Of a stretch of DNA of 64,000 nt, positions 13,263 through 25,955 are shown one piece after another. Numbering within the stretch: position 1 is the stretch's first letter; the number at the start of each line of letters is the position of its first letter. The notes beneath the pieces were generated by a model. It saw only the letters and a program-made list of their open reading frames with translations. It made no database searches and was not told where the DNA came from. This stretch comes from Mobula hypostoma (lineage: Eukaryota), in the NCBI RefSeq assembly GCF_963921235.1, contig NC_086101.1, positions 682,001 through 746,000 on the forward strand, read 5' to 3'. The position numbers were made by a program, and so were the translations under genes.

Positions 13263-13776
13263 AAACCCTTCCATCACTACACCACTCCCCATTACTGTAA
13301 ACCCTTCCATCACTACACCACTCCCCATTACTGTAAACCCTTCCATCACTACACCACTCCCCATTACTGTAAACTCTTCCATCACTACACCACTCCCCAT
13401 TACACTAAACCCTTCCATCACTACACCACTCCCCATTACACTAAACCCTTCCATCACTACACCATTCACCATTACTGTAAACACTTCCATCACTACACCA
13501 CCCCCCATTACTGTAAACCCTTCCGTCACTACACCACTCCCCATTACTGTAAACCCTTCCATCACTACACCACTCCCCAATACTGTAAACTCTTCCGTCA
13601 CTACACCACTCCCCATTACACTAAACCCTTCCATCACCAAACCACTCCCCATTACTGTAAACCCTTCCATCACGACACCACTCCCCATTACTGTAAACTC
13701 TTCCGTCACTACACCACTCCCCATTACTGTAAACACTTCCATCACTACACCACTCCCCATTACTGTAAACCCTTCC
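13263..13776. repeat. 36-bp minisatellite, about 14 copies
   Basis: Unit aaacccttccatcactacaccactccccattactgt, which reads KPFHHYTTPHYC on the + strand. Confidence 0.95.
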
Positions 13777-14049
13777 GACCCCAACAGACTTCGCTATCTC
13801 TGAAAACCCGTCTAACCAGCAACATTTTGTAAACTCGTCCTCTCCCCTACAGCACTCGAGATTTGTAAAATTCCACACTATCCACCCTGGTGCGTTTATG
13901 TAACAGCTGACGCGAGAAAGACAACCACCAGGCAGGTGGCAGGGCTCACAAAACACATTCACACTCGCTGACACTTTTTAAAAAAACAAATAGACCTATT
14001 TGCATGGCCATCTTGACGAAACCTCTTGTCACCTTGTCTTCTCTAAAAA

Positions 14050-15560
14050 AAGGCTGTTCCCTTTTCTTATTTGCTGTATCTGTGCCACATCTGTTCACGG
14101 GATGAGGTTGCCTTTTCCAGGACAGCAGAGATGTCCCTCTGCAAAGAATCCATCTTTGTTGTTGATCTAACTCCCAATGGATCTGTTTCCTTAAAATCCT
14201 CCTTCACTCCGTCTTCCAGTTACCTGAGCAGTGATGGAGTCCCTCTTGTCCTTACCTGCAACCCATGAGTGTCCGCATCCAACACAGGATTCTCCGCAAC
14301 TTCTGACCCCACCAAACTCACCTTTACCTCCCCTCCCCGCACCAGATGTCTGCTTTTCACAAGGATTCCATTCGTCCCTTCCTACTAATCTCCCTCCTGG
14401 AGCATATCACTACAACTGAGGGGAGTTCTACAGGCTCCCATTTACTCGCTCCCTCAGCCCCATTCCGGATCACAAACAGTCTGTCCAGGTGAGGTGTGAT
14501 GGAATCTTAGTTTTATTGATTATGGACTGTGCCTTTAAGAATCATGCCTGTAAAAGAAAGAGAGAGAGAGAGAGACATACAGCGCAAGCAGCTTTACTAC
14601 AGAGAGAGAGAAAGGGGAGGAGCTACTTGATGGACAGCTGGTGTTCAGCACACCGGTATTTAAACAAGCGTAACTCCCTTTTGCAGGACACGCAGACGCC
14701 ACTGAACTTTTAAGTGCCCACGAGGGTGGGGCTGACGACCGATTAAGAGGAATCAATCCGTGACCATCAGTGCATGAAAGGGTGACCCTGTGGAATCTAC
14801 CGGTGTGTCTAACCCTTGCCTGAGTTGGTAGATTATTATTTGAAGTCGGCGTTCTTAAGCTGGTCAAGTTTGGCTAACTTGGAAGATTTGGAGGACATCA
14901 AGGAGGATCGATGACACCTGTTTACTTTGATTACAAATCTCTCTCTCTCACTTCAAACCCGTGGACTGAACTGAATTTCCTTACCACACCATCGTAAGAC
15001 TGTATCATTTACCACCCTTGGTCTGAAGAAGTTTGGGGACTTATGTATTTACAACTATATATCCATAACAGCGTTAACTCATGATTTACCTGGTTTAAGT
15101 TACTACGTGTCGTATTTAGTAATAAAATAGTGTTTTGTTAACAGCAAAACCAGACTCCAGGTGTGTTCTATTACTGCTGATACTTTTACAGGGTTGCATT
15201 ACGTGACAGAGGTAACACTTCACCTGTGAGTCTGTCAGGTTGATCTACTGTATCTGATGCTCCCTGTGCGGCCTCTTCTACATCAGTGAGACCCAATGTA
15301 GATCAGGAGTCCACATTCGCTCTGTCCGCAATAAACGGAATTTTCCGGTCACAACCAAGCGTAAATCTGCTGATGCTGGATATCCAGGCAACAGACACAA
15401 AATCCTTTCAATGATTTCAAGTTCTCTGGCCCGATCATCTTGCTTTTCACTGTGGATACCCAGTCCATATACACCTCCACCTCCCACCAGGAAAGCCACA
15501 GAGCTCTCCGTTTCCACCTGGACACCAGACCCAACGAGTTCCCTCCACCACCACTCTCCT
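14050..15560 (+). mobile_element. Decayed Penelope-like fragments (GIY-YIG region) split by a solo LTR
   Basis: caggtgagg|taacacttcacctgtgagtct...ctgtatctgatgctccctgtgcggcctcttctacatcagtgagaccc matches the GIY-YIG region at 27811-27900. Confidence 0.75.
14495..15208 (+). mobile_element. Solo LTR
   Basis: TGTGA..GTGACA termini, perfect 4-bp TSD gagg; shares motifs with the LTR at 11258-12200. Confidence 0.88.
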
Positions 15561-15716
15561 GCTCTTTGTTTCGCTTGTCTTCTTTGTTTGAGCTGAGCTT
15601 CACTGTCACTTCTCTCTGTCATCTTGCAGTAAATAGGGAACCTTTTCTGGTTGGCTGCCAGTGACTAGTTGCATTCCACAGGGGTCTCTGTAGACCCTGA
15701 TTCTTTTTACATTGTA

Positions 15717-18700
15717 CGTGAAACACCCTGGTTTCCTCGGCTGCGTAAGTCTAGGGAAGACAATCTCCGGCCCCGCCAAACTTGTGAGATTAAGGCGCGA
15801 GCCGATCCCGAACAGCTGTTTGGATGCTGGGTAATTCGCTCCCCTACGACAAATGAGTGCCACAAAATAACAGACAGCACACCACATTCCATTAAAAGAT
15901 TTATCTTTAAAATTCTTAATTGGACTAAAGGGTTGGTAATAAAAATACCAAAAAAGAAAAGGGCCCATTTTAATGAAACAGTCCAATGTGCACAAGTCGG
16001 AGCTCACAGTTTCCCCAAGTCACCGACCCTCAATCGATCTCACCCCGGGCTTCGTCGAATTACAGTCCCGTTCTGGGTCGAATCCTACGACCTCTTTCTC
16101 CGGCGTCTTCTCTCTTCATCTATCTCTACCCAAAAGAAAAAAAAAGCAAGCCAACCTTAGTGTTCCTCAAATGAGAAACCTTCCCTTCAAATCAACCATC
16201 CCAATTTGATAGCAGACATTTCTACTCATTTCTTATCTTGAACAATAACCCAAACACAAGATGAAAACAAGCAGCTTCCACAGATCAGCAGAAAAATAAT
16301 TACATACAGCATAACATTAAAAAAATATGAACCAGGGCATTACACTCTCCCCCACTAAAATAGTCGTGTCCAAGTGACCTTGAAATAATTTGTCTCCTCA
16401 TCTTAATTCTACCGCTTTCAAAGGAATTTTGTGATCTCAGCACTTCCAATCCATTTGTAAAGGACAGTGACATATTTCACCCGGGGGATAGCCGTAGCAC
16501 TCTGCTCCGCACTACTGCATAGGCCAGCTTATCTGGGCGTCTCCCAATTATTTGAGACCTCCTTACACCATTATCTACTTCTTCTTCAGATTCAGACGCT
16601 CCTTAGAATATCTGGTCAAGATTTCCAGGCCTCCACCGGTCCGTCACTCGTGCCCTCCTGCATCTCGGATCTCTCTGCCATTTGCCTGAGCACCGCTTCA
16701 TGCCCTTTACGGTCCCGCTGAAACCCAATCTGTCCACAGATAGTCCGCCCGATTTCACCTGCCTCAGCGTGAAAGGGTTAGAAATCTCTCCCTCAATTGG
16801 TCGGGATTTAGCAAAAGCCAGCGTATACCACATCCCAATTTCCTCGTCTTCCGATTTCCTATGCCATTCAGAGGAGAGGGCTGGTGTAATCTTTGCTGCT
16901 ACTGGTCCTTCAGTCTCTCCACGACGCCGCCAGAGTCTTCTTACCAGGTGTCAGGTCCGGCTCAGCCTGTTGTCCCGGAGGCAGAAGGTGGTTCCGATGG
17001 AGAATCGTCACAGGCACGTTCCCATCCTTTGGTTTCACCCGGGAAACTGGTGCGTTTGGCATCTGACTCTCCACTACATAGGGCGCAGCCACCTAGCGGT
17101 CAGCTAACTTACGTTCCCAGTTAACCCCAAATTCCTTACGAGGACTAGGACTCCCGGCATCAGTTGGGAGAACATAACCTTTTGATCATTCCTCCTCGTA
17201 TTTCCATGTTTCTGCTTCGCAGCCGCGACCTCGGCTCACTTATAAGCTCTTTTCAGCCCGCTTCTCATATCAGACACATACCTCAGATAAGCCTTTCGTG
17301 GTAGATCGTCCTCACCAGTCCCGAAAGGTCAGTGAGCAACCTCGCCTCGCGCCCAAACATCAGGTAATATGGCGAGCGGCCGGTAGCCTCATTCTGCCTA
17401 CAGTTGTAACAGTGGACCAGATGTCCAATATGTTCACTCCACTTATTACTTTTGCTGAGTTCCAAGGTCCTGAGCATGTCTATCAAGGTTCTCGATTTCT
17501 CGACTGCAAGCATGCTCAGTAACTCATGTATGAGCCTATCCCGTCCCTGATCACTATGTATCGGCCTGGGAAGACTATAACAAATTAAATACTTCTCCGA
17601 AAAAACCTTTGCCACCGTGGACGCCCTCTTATCCTTGGGTGGGAAAACTTGCGCATAAATGGTGTAGAAATGCATGACCAAGACATTCGTCACGTTGCTG
17701 GCATCGGACCCTATTAACAGAAAATCCATACACACCAGATCCAGGGGCCCCGCACTCTGCTAGTGGGACAATGGAGCGGCCTCGTACGCAGTCTCTTCCT
17801 CCGTACACATCGAATGCACGACTTGCTGTACTTTTCGACCTCCGGCTTCGTTCGGGGCCAGTGGAACCGATCTCTGAGCAATCCGTAGGTCTTGCCACGC
17901 CCTAAATGGCCAGAATCATCATGAAGTGACTTCAACGCGATCCTCCGATACTTCTCAGGCAGAACGAGCTGGGAACGCCGAGGCCAGCTGACGTGACCCA
18001 GTACAAGATCTGGTTCCTCAACTCCAATCTGGGCCATTCCCTTTGTAATTGACTCAATGACTCAACTTATCCGCTACAGCCCATTTCCATGTCAGGAACT
18101 CCAACATGTGCGTGGGATAGTTTTTCTTGGAGGATGACAGACTCCGGGTAACAAATGCAACAGGTCTCAGCCCTGAGCCCTGATCCTGAGACAGACCACC
18201 CCCCGGAGCCCTCTCTGCTGGCATCCGTATGCACTACATACAGCAAACGGGGGTCTGCAAAAGCCAGCACGGGCGCTCCTTCAGGAACTGAAAGGCCTCT
18301 TCACATTTCGCATCTCATTTGGCTCCAAAAGGCTCCGAAGGGCGACGTATATATGCCGTCTTCTCTTTGTCAGCCTCACTCATGGGGATCTGGTAATATC
18401 CACTCCTCAAGTCCAGCACACTGAGCCACTTCGCACCACTCAGACAGGCCAGCGCTTCTTCGATCCTTGGGACCGTATCCCGGTCGGGCCGATAGTCCAC
18501 ACTCCCGTACCTGACCATTCTTCATCCTGGCCACTACTATTGGGGACGCGTAAGGGTTCTGGACTCAGTAATTATCCCACCTTCCTTCAGACTTCACAAA
18601 CGCTGTCGAACGTCTTCCAGCTCTGCAAGGGCCAGTCGCTGTGACGTTTCTCTGAACGGAGTGTCTTCGGTCACCCGGAGGGTGTGGCGAGTGCTCTTGG

Positions 18701-21486
18701 AACAACTCACATCGAGCTCATCAGTGGGAAAGACACGCTCCAGTTTCAACATGTTCTCTATCAGCTTCCTCTTCCAACCCACAGGTACCGGGGAGTCCCG
18801 AAGCTGAATGACTCAGCGGTCACCTTTCCCTTTCTCGAAGGGAGTTTCCCCCTGGCTTGTCTCACAGGGACAGTAGACATTACTGTCACCGAGAAGAGGT
18901 GCGCCAGGAGCATCCCCCGCTTAAAGGTGATCTCCCTCTTCATTGTGTTATTGACAATCACTGCCATCTTGCTCACCTGTACAACCGAGGGCTTCTGCAG
19001 TTTAGGTCTCACCAGCACCCCAGCAGGTCAGCCTGACTTCTGTTCGTGGTCTTCCGGACCATCCACCAAGAAGGCCTCGGCCTCAGGCACTCCGAGAAAC
19101 TTGGGGATTCCCATCACTCTCGCTACTTACCCAGGCCGTAACACGATTGGGTTTGACCGGATGAACCACATAGTCTCTCGTCTAAGCTCATTATCCCGAC
19201 CACTGCGGCCACGCATTTCGAAACCACTGGTGAATTGACAATGTTTTCCGAAAGTTCTCTCCAGCTCTCTCCGTGCAGGCTTACATTAGCCTCCTCACGA
19301 TAGGAGTAGTTGTCCCCACAAGAATTGAAACTCCCCCCTTCTCAACAGGTCTGGACAAACCAGTGCTAATGTATCAAGAACCTCAGCCGCTCCCACATCT
19401 GTCTCCGAAAACTCCAGCTTCAATGACAAATAACCATCATACGGATAATCACCCCTCACTAAGACCCCAGATCTCTAGTGCACTGAGTGGCATCAATGAT
19501 AAATGTGTCAAGTACAGCAAAGTGACCTGCGAGCCTGTGTCAGGTATGGCTGTAGCATAAATACCCTCTATCTGTAACGATACCCTGGAGCTGGGCCTCA
19601 CTCAGCATTCAAGACTGGGTCTTCTTGCTTCAGGGTGTTCCTTAATATATTTCTGGGAACATGTTCCCCCAAGACGCCAGGCCGATCCCTCACTGCGTAT
19701 CTTCTAAGCTCCCCGGCGCCTCTCTCTTGCTTAGATACCCGGAGGCTCACTCTCCGGGAGGTTTCCCGTTCGTTCACACTATCGGCTGAAGTGTCCCTCC
19801 ACCAGATAATACCGGCCGCTGGCCTTCCCGTGGGACCCCGGCCTCTAGCAGCGCACTGCATCGTCCGTCCCTTGAGGGCGTCCGCCTCCCTATCAGCTCC
19901 ATCGTTTAGGTGGGAGGAGCGGTTGGTTGGAAGCGAACCCGCAGATGACAACTGGGACATCTCCGTTCTCAGCTCTGCCATGTGGTCCTTCACCACTCCC
20001 CGGGGTGGGCTATCAGCGGTCACTTCAGCGCTGGGGATTACTACCGAGGAAGTACCGCACCCCCCCCCCCGCCCCCACTGTGACTCCAAAACTGTATCCT
20101 CCTCTCTTACTTCTCTGATCAGCTGAACAAACAACGGAGTGGGCAGTGACTTCCCAGACAGTCGGAGACCGCAAGAGATCGTGTCCTGTGACTGTGCGCC
20201 TTTCACTGTTCAGGCCATTCTTAACTGATTCACCTCCGCAGTTTTGAATGGGCCATCTGCGCCACAAGTTACTCAGCTGCCTCTCCAGCCGAAAAATGTA
20301 GAAGGAAAGTATCTCTCCCTTCTCCTGAAACCTGTTCTAAGTTCCCAAGTTCCAAGAGCTTCCCGTGGTGCCAAACACATATTCTGGCGCTTGCATGTAG
20401 CCCGCAGATTCGTTTACAGGCTTTGTGTCTTTACGGATATCAATACGTCAGCAGTCGGCCCCGTCAAGCTATCAACCAATCGCTGTCTTTTACGTCATCG
20501 GAGCACTGCCACTCACCCAGCATCTGAGCGGCCTGCTCGGCCTGAGTCCGATACTCCTCTTCACCCTCGAGTGTGGGCCTCGCTCCTGAGAAAATTCCCA
20601 GCTTTTGATAGCGAGGCCCGACTACTTTAACGGTATTTAAAGTTCGAATTAACAACTCGTCGGGGATACGAATGTTTACCCCAGTCAATACTCACGTGTT
20701 CGTTACCGGTAACCCCGTGAATTCGCACCACTAATCAAACCCTGCAGCATCCGTAACCTCACACCGTAATCACTTTACCGGACAGTAGTTTAGCACAGAC
20801 TTAAACACACAACCCACTGGATCAGTGCTCAGGGCAATCACACAGCATCCAACGAAATCGATCCCGGACGAGACCCCAACAGTGAAACACTCTGGTTTCG
20901 TCAGCTGCGAAAGTCCGGGGAAGACACTGGACTAGAATAAATACCGCCAGACTCGCGAGACCGAGACGGCTTTCCTGTCCCAGACCCCGGTTTGTGTGGA
21001 TGTGTGTAATTTGTTACCCTGTTACAAATTAGTACCACGAAATGAGGGACAGTACCCTGCATCCGATTAAAGGAAGTATATCTATGAATCTGAACTTAAT
21101 TAAAGGGTTAGTAAACAAAAACGAAAAGAAATGTGCACAAGTAGGAGTTCAAAGGTTCACCACATTCACTGATTCTCAATCGATCTCGGCCTCTGGCTTC
21201 GTCGAATCCCGGTCCCACACTGGGTCGAATCCTGAGACCTGTTCTATCCAGCGTCTCCTTTCTCCATCTCCCCCCGAACAAAGCCCCAGGCCCGACCTCA
21301 GTGTCCCTCACCAGAAAGGAAAACCTCCCCGAATTTCACCATCCTGGTTGGATGCCACACATTCCTCATCATCTCTTATCTTCAGCAATAACCCAGACGG
21401 GCTGAAAGCAGAACAGACTGTTCTCACCGAACTGCTGAATGAAATACATACAGCATAACAGTAAAAATATGAACCAGGGAATTACA
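15717..21486 (-). mobile_element. Ty3/Gypsy LTR retrotransposon with PNMA/Ma-like gag, decayed
   Basis: LTRs 20881-21486 and 15717-16344; PBS-Pro 20861-20878; PPT 16345-16356; gag [31 protein letters not shown]; RNase H HTDAS; integrase HDDSGHLG..CIRC and HSDQG. Confidence 0.9.
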
Positions 21487-23328
21487 TTGGTTTTATTAGT
21501 TCTGTTCTTTATTATGGCTGTGTGGCCCATGGATCAGCATTTTCAACTGTGAAATACTTGGATGTGATAGAAGCCCAGGCTATAAGATCGTGCAGTAAGA
21601 TCGTCTCCTGTTTCGGATTTACTGGCTGATATGGGACAACTACCCTGAGAATTGCGGCTATTATACTGGATTAATTTGAGGGGGCAGAGAAACGACTATC
21701 CTGCTGAAGTTGTGTTAGAGGACTATTACGAACATCATACGAAAAGTGTTTTTATGTTTAGCTGGCTGGGATCTTATCAGGCTGGGAAGATGGGATTGTT
21801 GGATTATGCAGTATGGCGCACAGACACGTTCTCTGAAACCCCACTTTGTTCTGCCTGTTGATTTTAGGTCCCACATTTTAATAAAGTTCAAGGACTCTCT
21901 TCTGTTTGAGGATCTGTTGGTTCATCGATATATTAAAGAAATTATTTTGATATGTTAACCATCGCTGCAGAGGAATCAAAAGGCAATTATGGGAATTATG
22001 ATGTGGCTGTTTTTTTTGTACCCGAATAAAGGTAACGATAAAGAAACAAGTTACCGACCATTTGTCTCTATAAACAGCAGAATACGTGGCCATCATTTTA
22101 GGCTTACACTGAGTGGAGGAAATTTGTCCATGCAAAGCTGTAATTTGTTCAGATGCCATTATCGGTTTTGATGAATTTTAAAACGGGTCGGTCAGTCTGG
22201 AACTAGCTGAACACTAGCAGTCGGTTAGATTTACTGTTGGAAACTCATCAAACATTATTTCATACACAAAGTATTGGTTTATACGTTTTCTTCTGATGGG
22301 ACCCTGCACATGGAGATACTGAGGGGAATGAGCGGGTTGACTGTTTAGTTACAAAATCTGTTAAAAGTTCAACTGTGGATAAAGAGCTTCCACTTTGCAA
22401 ATCAGAACCTATTTCGGGGTAAGCAGGTTTAAGAATTCGGGGCTGATGGGAAATCTAGTGGGACACTGGGCACAAGGGGAGACACCTTTACAGATACCGA
22501 ACAGTGTTGGGTTCATAGGAGAAGTGGGTACAAACAAGAAGGGAAGGAATTATATTGATATGACCTGAACTGGCCATACTATAATGAATTATTCCTTACG
22601 TCGTGTTCGGAAACCTCAAACTGGGTCGTATAGAGTTTGTCATTATGAAGCATTTGAAAACACACTGTTTCAGGATGAAGCTGATCAGGTAGATAGAAAT
22701 CAAATGCAGATTTCATTACAATCGTTGGGGTGGATATCTTTGATTTCAGTTGTAGGAATGAGTTTAATTTGATTCACTGTATTGGGTTTCATTTAGTGCA
22801 ATCTGTAGGATTTTTGTGGTAACTTAGTTTTCATTAGGGAAAAAAAAAGAAGTAGCGAGGGTTTTATTTCCCATTTTTCTGCACCATATTCCAGTCCAGT
22901 TAGTGGCGGGAAATCGCATTAAATTGGAGTGTCAATCGCCATGTATCCAAAGCCTGCCCTATTTATTCACGTTAGACACTCATTCAGGGGAAGGCGGAAA
23001 CTGGTGTGTTTGACAGTGGATTAGCCAACCAGCATCAGACTGGAATCCCCGCTGTCTTGTGGGAAAGTCGAGGTTGGTGGGCGGGAATGGTGATAGATAG
23101 ACTTCGCCAAAGACCAATGAGTGGCTGGAATTCCAGAGTGGTTCGTTGAATGACATCTGATGAGTCCAGGACGGTGATTTGCCCCTCCCCACACACTCAC
23201 TATCCTAAAGTCCCAGACCTGCCGGTCGATGGGACAGTCAGCCCCGGAATAACAAATGCGAGATCAGGCGGTGAATGTGAGGATCTGGCGTCCGGACTGG
23301 AGACACTGCGGCCGCCTCCGGCTTGTGC

Positions 23329-23890
23329 TCAAGGCGCGGCTTCATTAATAAAATGAAGCACAGAGGTGACCGGATATTTCAGCGCCCTAATTATCTGCTC
23401 CCTAAATTGCGAATGAGTCACCGCGTAAATAAATGTGTTCGTGCAGCAGCTGAAATTCCTCAGCAAAAATCCGACGTAGATAAAAATTCATTCAGAATCA
23501 TTGAAATGGAATTCTTTTCAATATACCTGATAATATATTAAATTTACAACGTATGTCACCCACAGGAGGATGAAGCTGCCGGAGAGGGTGAAGAATAAAA
23601 CCACAGACCTCCTCCTGCTCTCCATCTCCGGGTCACTGCGGTTCTCCCCCTTGCTCTGACCCTTCAGCCCCTTACGGAACCGACTGGCCGCTAAAATGTG
23701 TCTGACTGTCAGAGCGTTGAGCAGCAGGATCCCAGCGAAAGGGAGGGACGGAGTTAGAACCGTATCGAGCCAGTCATATGCCACCCACCCGGGTTCGGTA
23801 AAAACGTTGACCTTGGTCACACAGAACCACGGTACATTGTCAATGATCACGCTGAGTTCCTGTGTGAAGTATCGGGGAATGTTCTTCAGC
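23329..23890 (-). pseudogene. GPR139/GPR142-like class A orphan GPCR, 3' half only (copy 1)
   Basis: ILLLNALTVRHILAASR..ESRRRSVVLFFTLSGSFILLW; premature stops; SCCTNTFIYAVT tail; 5' half missing. Confidence 0.85.
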
Positions 23891-23960
23891 GTCAAACTAG
23901 AACAACGCTCACAACACGCTGGAGGAACGCAGCTGGGCGAGTACCATCCGTGGGAACGAT

Positions 23961-23998
23961 GAGTCAACGTTTCGGGCCGGAACCCATCGTCAGGACTG
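23961..23998 (-). ncRNA. Minimal type-I hammerhead ribozyme in the inverted PLE terminus
   Basis: cagtc-CTGACGA-tgggttccggccc-GAAAC-GTT-gactc. Confidence 0.75.
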
Positions 23999-24490
23999 AA
24001 GAGGGAAGGGGCAGAGGCCCTATAAAGAAGGTCGGGGGAGGGTGGGAAGGAGAAGGCTGGTAGGTTCCAGGTGAAAAACCAGTAAGGGGAAAGATAAAGG
24101 GGTGGGGGAAGGGAAGCAGGGAGGTGATAGGCAGGAAAGGTGAAGAAGGAATAGGGGAAAACACAATGGGTAGTAGAAGGAGGCGGAACCATGAGGGATG
24201 TGATAGGCAGTTGGGGGAGGGGGCAGAGTGAAATAGGGATAGGGGAAGAGAAGGGGAGGGAATTACCGGAAGTTGGAGAATTCTATGTTCATAGCAAGGG
24301 GCTGGATACTTCCATGCTGAGCTCGTCAATTTCATCGACTTTACTTTAAACTTCCACCCAGCCCTCAAATTCACTTGGTCCTTCTCGGACGCTTCTGTCC
24401 CCTTTCTGGATCTCTCGGTCTCCAACTCTGGAAACAGACTGTCCACTGACAGCTTCTACAAGCCCACTGACTCTCATAACTACCTCGACT

Positions 24491-25862
24491 AGGGAGGGAG
24501 GAGGAGATGGCGGCGCGACGCAGCGCACGTGGCCGTTGGGAATGATATCGATATGTGTAACTAGGGGCCGTGCACAATCCGGATTTGATGGAGACAGCCG
24601 TGAGAAGCACGGAGGAACACCTGGAAGAACGTCTGAAATGCCCACTTCGCTGCCGCTGTTACTGTGCGATCGAGAATCTCCGGAGACGAAGGCGCCAAAT
24701 CCTCGGCTTTGCCTATTGCCTGTTACCGGGGCGGGGTCGGAGCGCTCGGCAAAGATGGTGCTCGGTGTCGGAGTTTTCGGATGGACTCGGAGTCGGACTG
24801 TGGTCGGATGCTTCCGGGATGCTGCATCGGCAAGTTGGCGGCGCAGGAGGTTTACCGTCTGCGTGAGATGATGGGACTTCCGAGAGACTTTGAGACTTTT
24901 ACTGTGCCATGGTTTGTTCTTATCAAATTACAGTATTGCTTTGCACTGTTGTAACTATATATTATAATTATGTGGTTTTTGTTAGTTTTTAAGACGGTTT
25001 GTCATGTGTTTCTGTGATATCATTCTGGAAAAACATTGTACCATTTCTTACAACACACATCAAAGTTGCTGGTGACCTGACGAAGGTTCTCGGCCTGAAA
25101 CGTCGACTGTATCTCTTCCTAGAGATGTTGCCTGACCTGCTGCGTTCACCAGCAACTTTGATGTGTGTTGCTTGAATTTCCTGCAGTTCCTGTTGTATCA
25201 TTTCTTAATCGGGATGGAGGAGAGAGAAGCAGCGCGCCCCGCGTGCGCAGACCTCCGGTGAAAAAATGATACCGTATCTGTTAAATAGGGGCCGTGGACA
25301 ATTTCTGATTTGATGGAGATGGATGTGAAAGCACAGAGGAAATTCTGGAAAAATTTCGGAAACGCTCGTTCGCTGCTGTCGTTACTGCGCGGTCGGGAAT
25401 CTTTCGGAGGGTAGGCCTCAAAATCCCCGGCTTTGCCTGCTGTTGGCGACCGAGATGGAGGTCGAATCGCTCGCATAGAGATGGCGCTCAGTATCCGGTG
25501 TCGGAGAGCTGATCAGAGCTCGAAGTTTTCGAATGACTCAGAGTCGGACCGTGGTCGGGTATGGCAGGGAGAGTTTTTCTTCCTTCTCCCGTCTGCGTGA
25601 GATGTGGGACATTTGAGAGACTTTAAACTTTTACTGTGCTCATGGACTTCTTCATCAAGTTATGGTATTGTTGCACTATTGTAACTATATGTTAAATTAT
25701 GTGGTTTTGTTAGTTTTTTTCAGTCTTGGTCTGTCCTGTGTTTTGTGATATCACACCGGAGGAAATATTGTATCATTTCTTAATGCATGCATTACTAAAT
25801 GACAATAAAAGAGGACTGTGTGTCATCATAATCTAATCTAATCTAATATAATATAATATAAT
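24491..25862 (+). mobile_element. Two related non-autonomous SINE-like elements nested in the PLE RT
   Basis: Paralogous units starting near 24491 and 25215, with GC-rich heads; the last ends in AATAAA and an (aatct)n tail. PLE sequence resumes at 25863. Confidence 0.6.
25051..25192 (+). mobile_element. PLE-derived hammerhead-containing mini-element with internal inverted repeat
   Basis: 15-bp TSD ttgtaccatttctta/ttgtatcatttctta; HHR core 25077-25105; about 23-bp inverted repeat (25051-25075 vs 25146-25170). Confidence 0.75.
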
Positions 25863-25955
25863 CTATACCTCTTCCTACCCTCCCACATGCAATAATGCCA
25901 TTCCCTATTCCCAGTTCCTTCGTCTCCGCCCCATCTGCTCCCAGGATGAGGCTTT

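Noticed and set aside
13263..13776. CRISPR-like 36-bp periodicity
   Set aside because: Units are head-to-tail with no unique spacers, there are no cas genes, and the context is eukaryotic.
23518..24192. 224-aa ORF as a novel membrane protein
   Set aside because: Chimera of the inverted PLE terminus and the truncated GPCR pseudogene.
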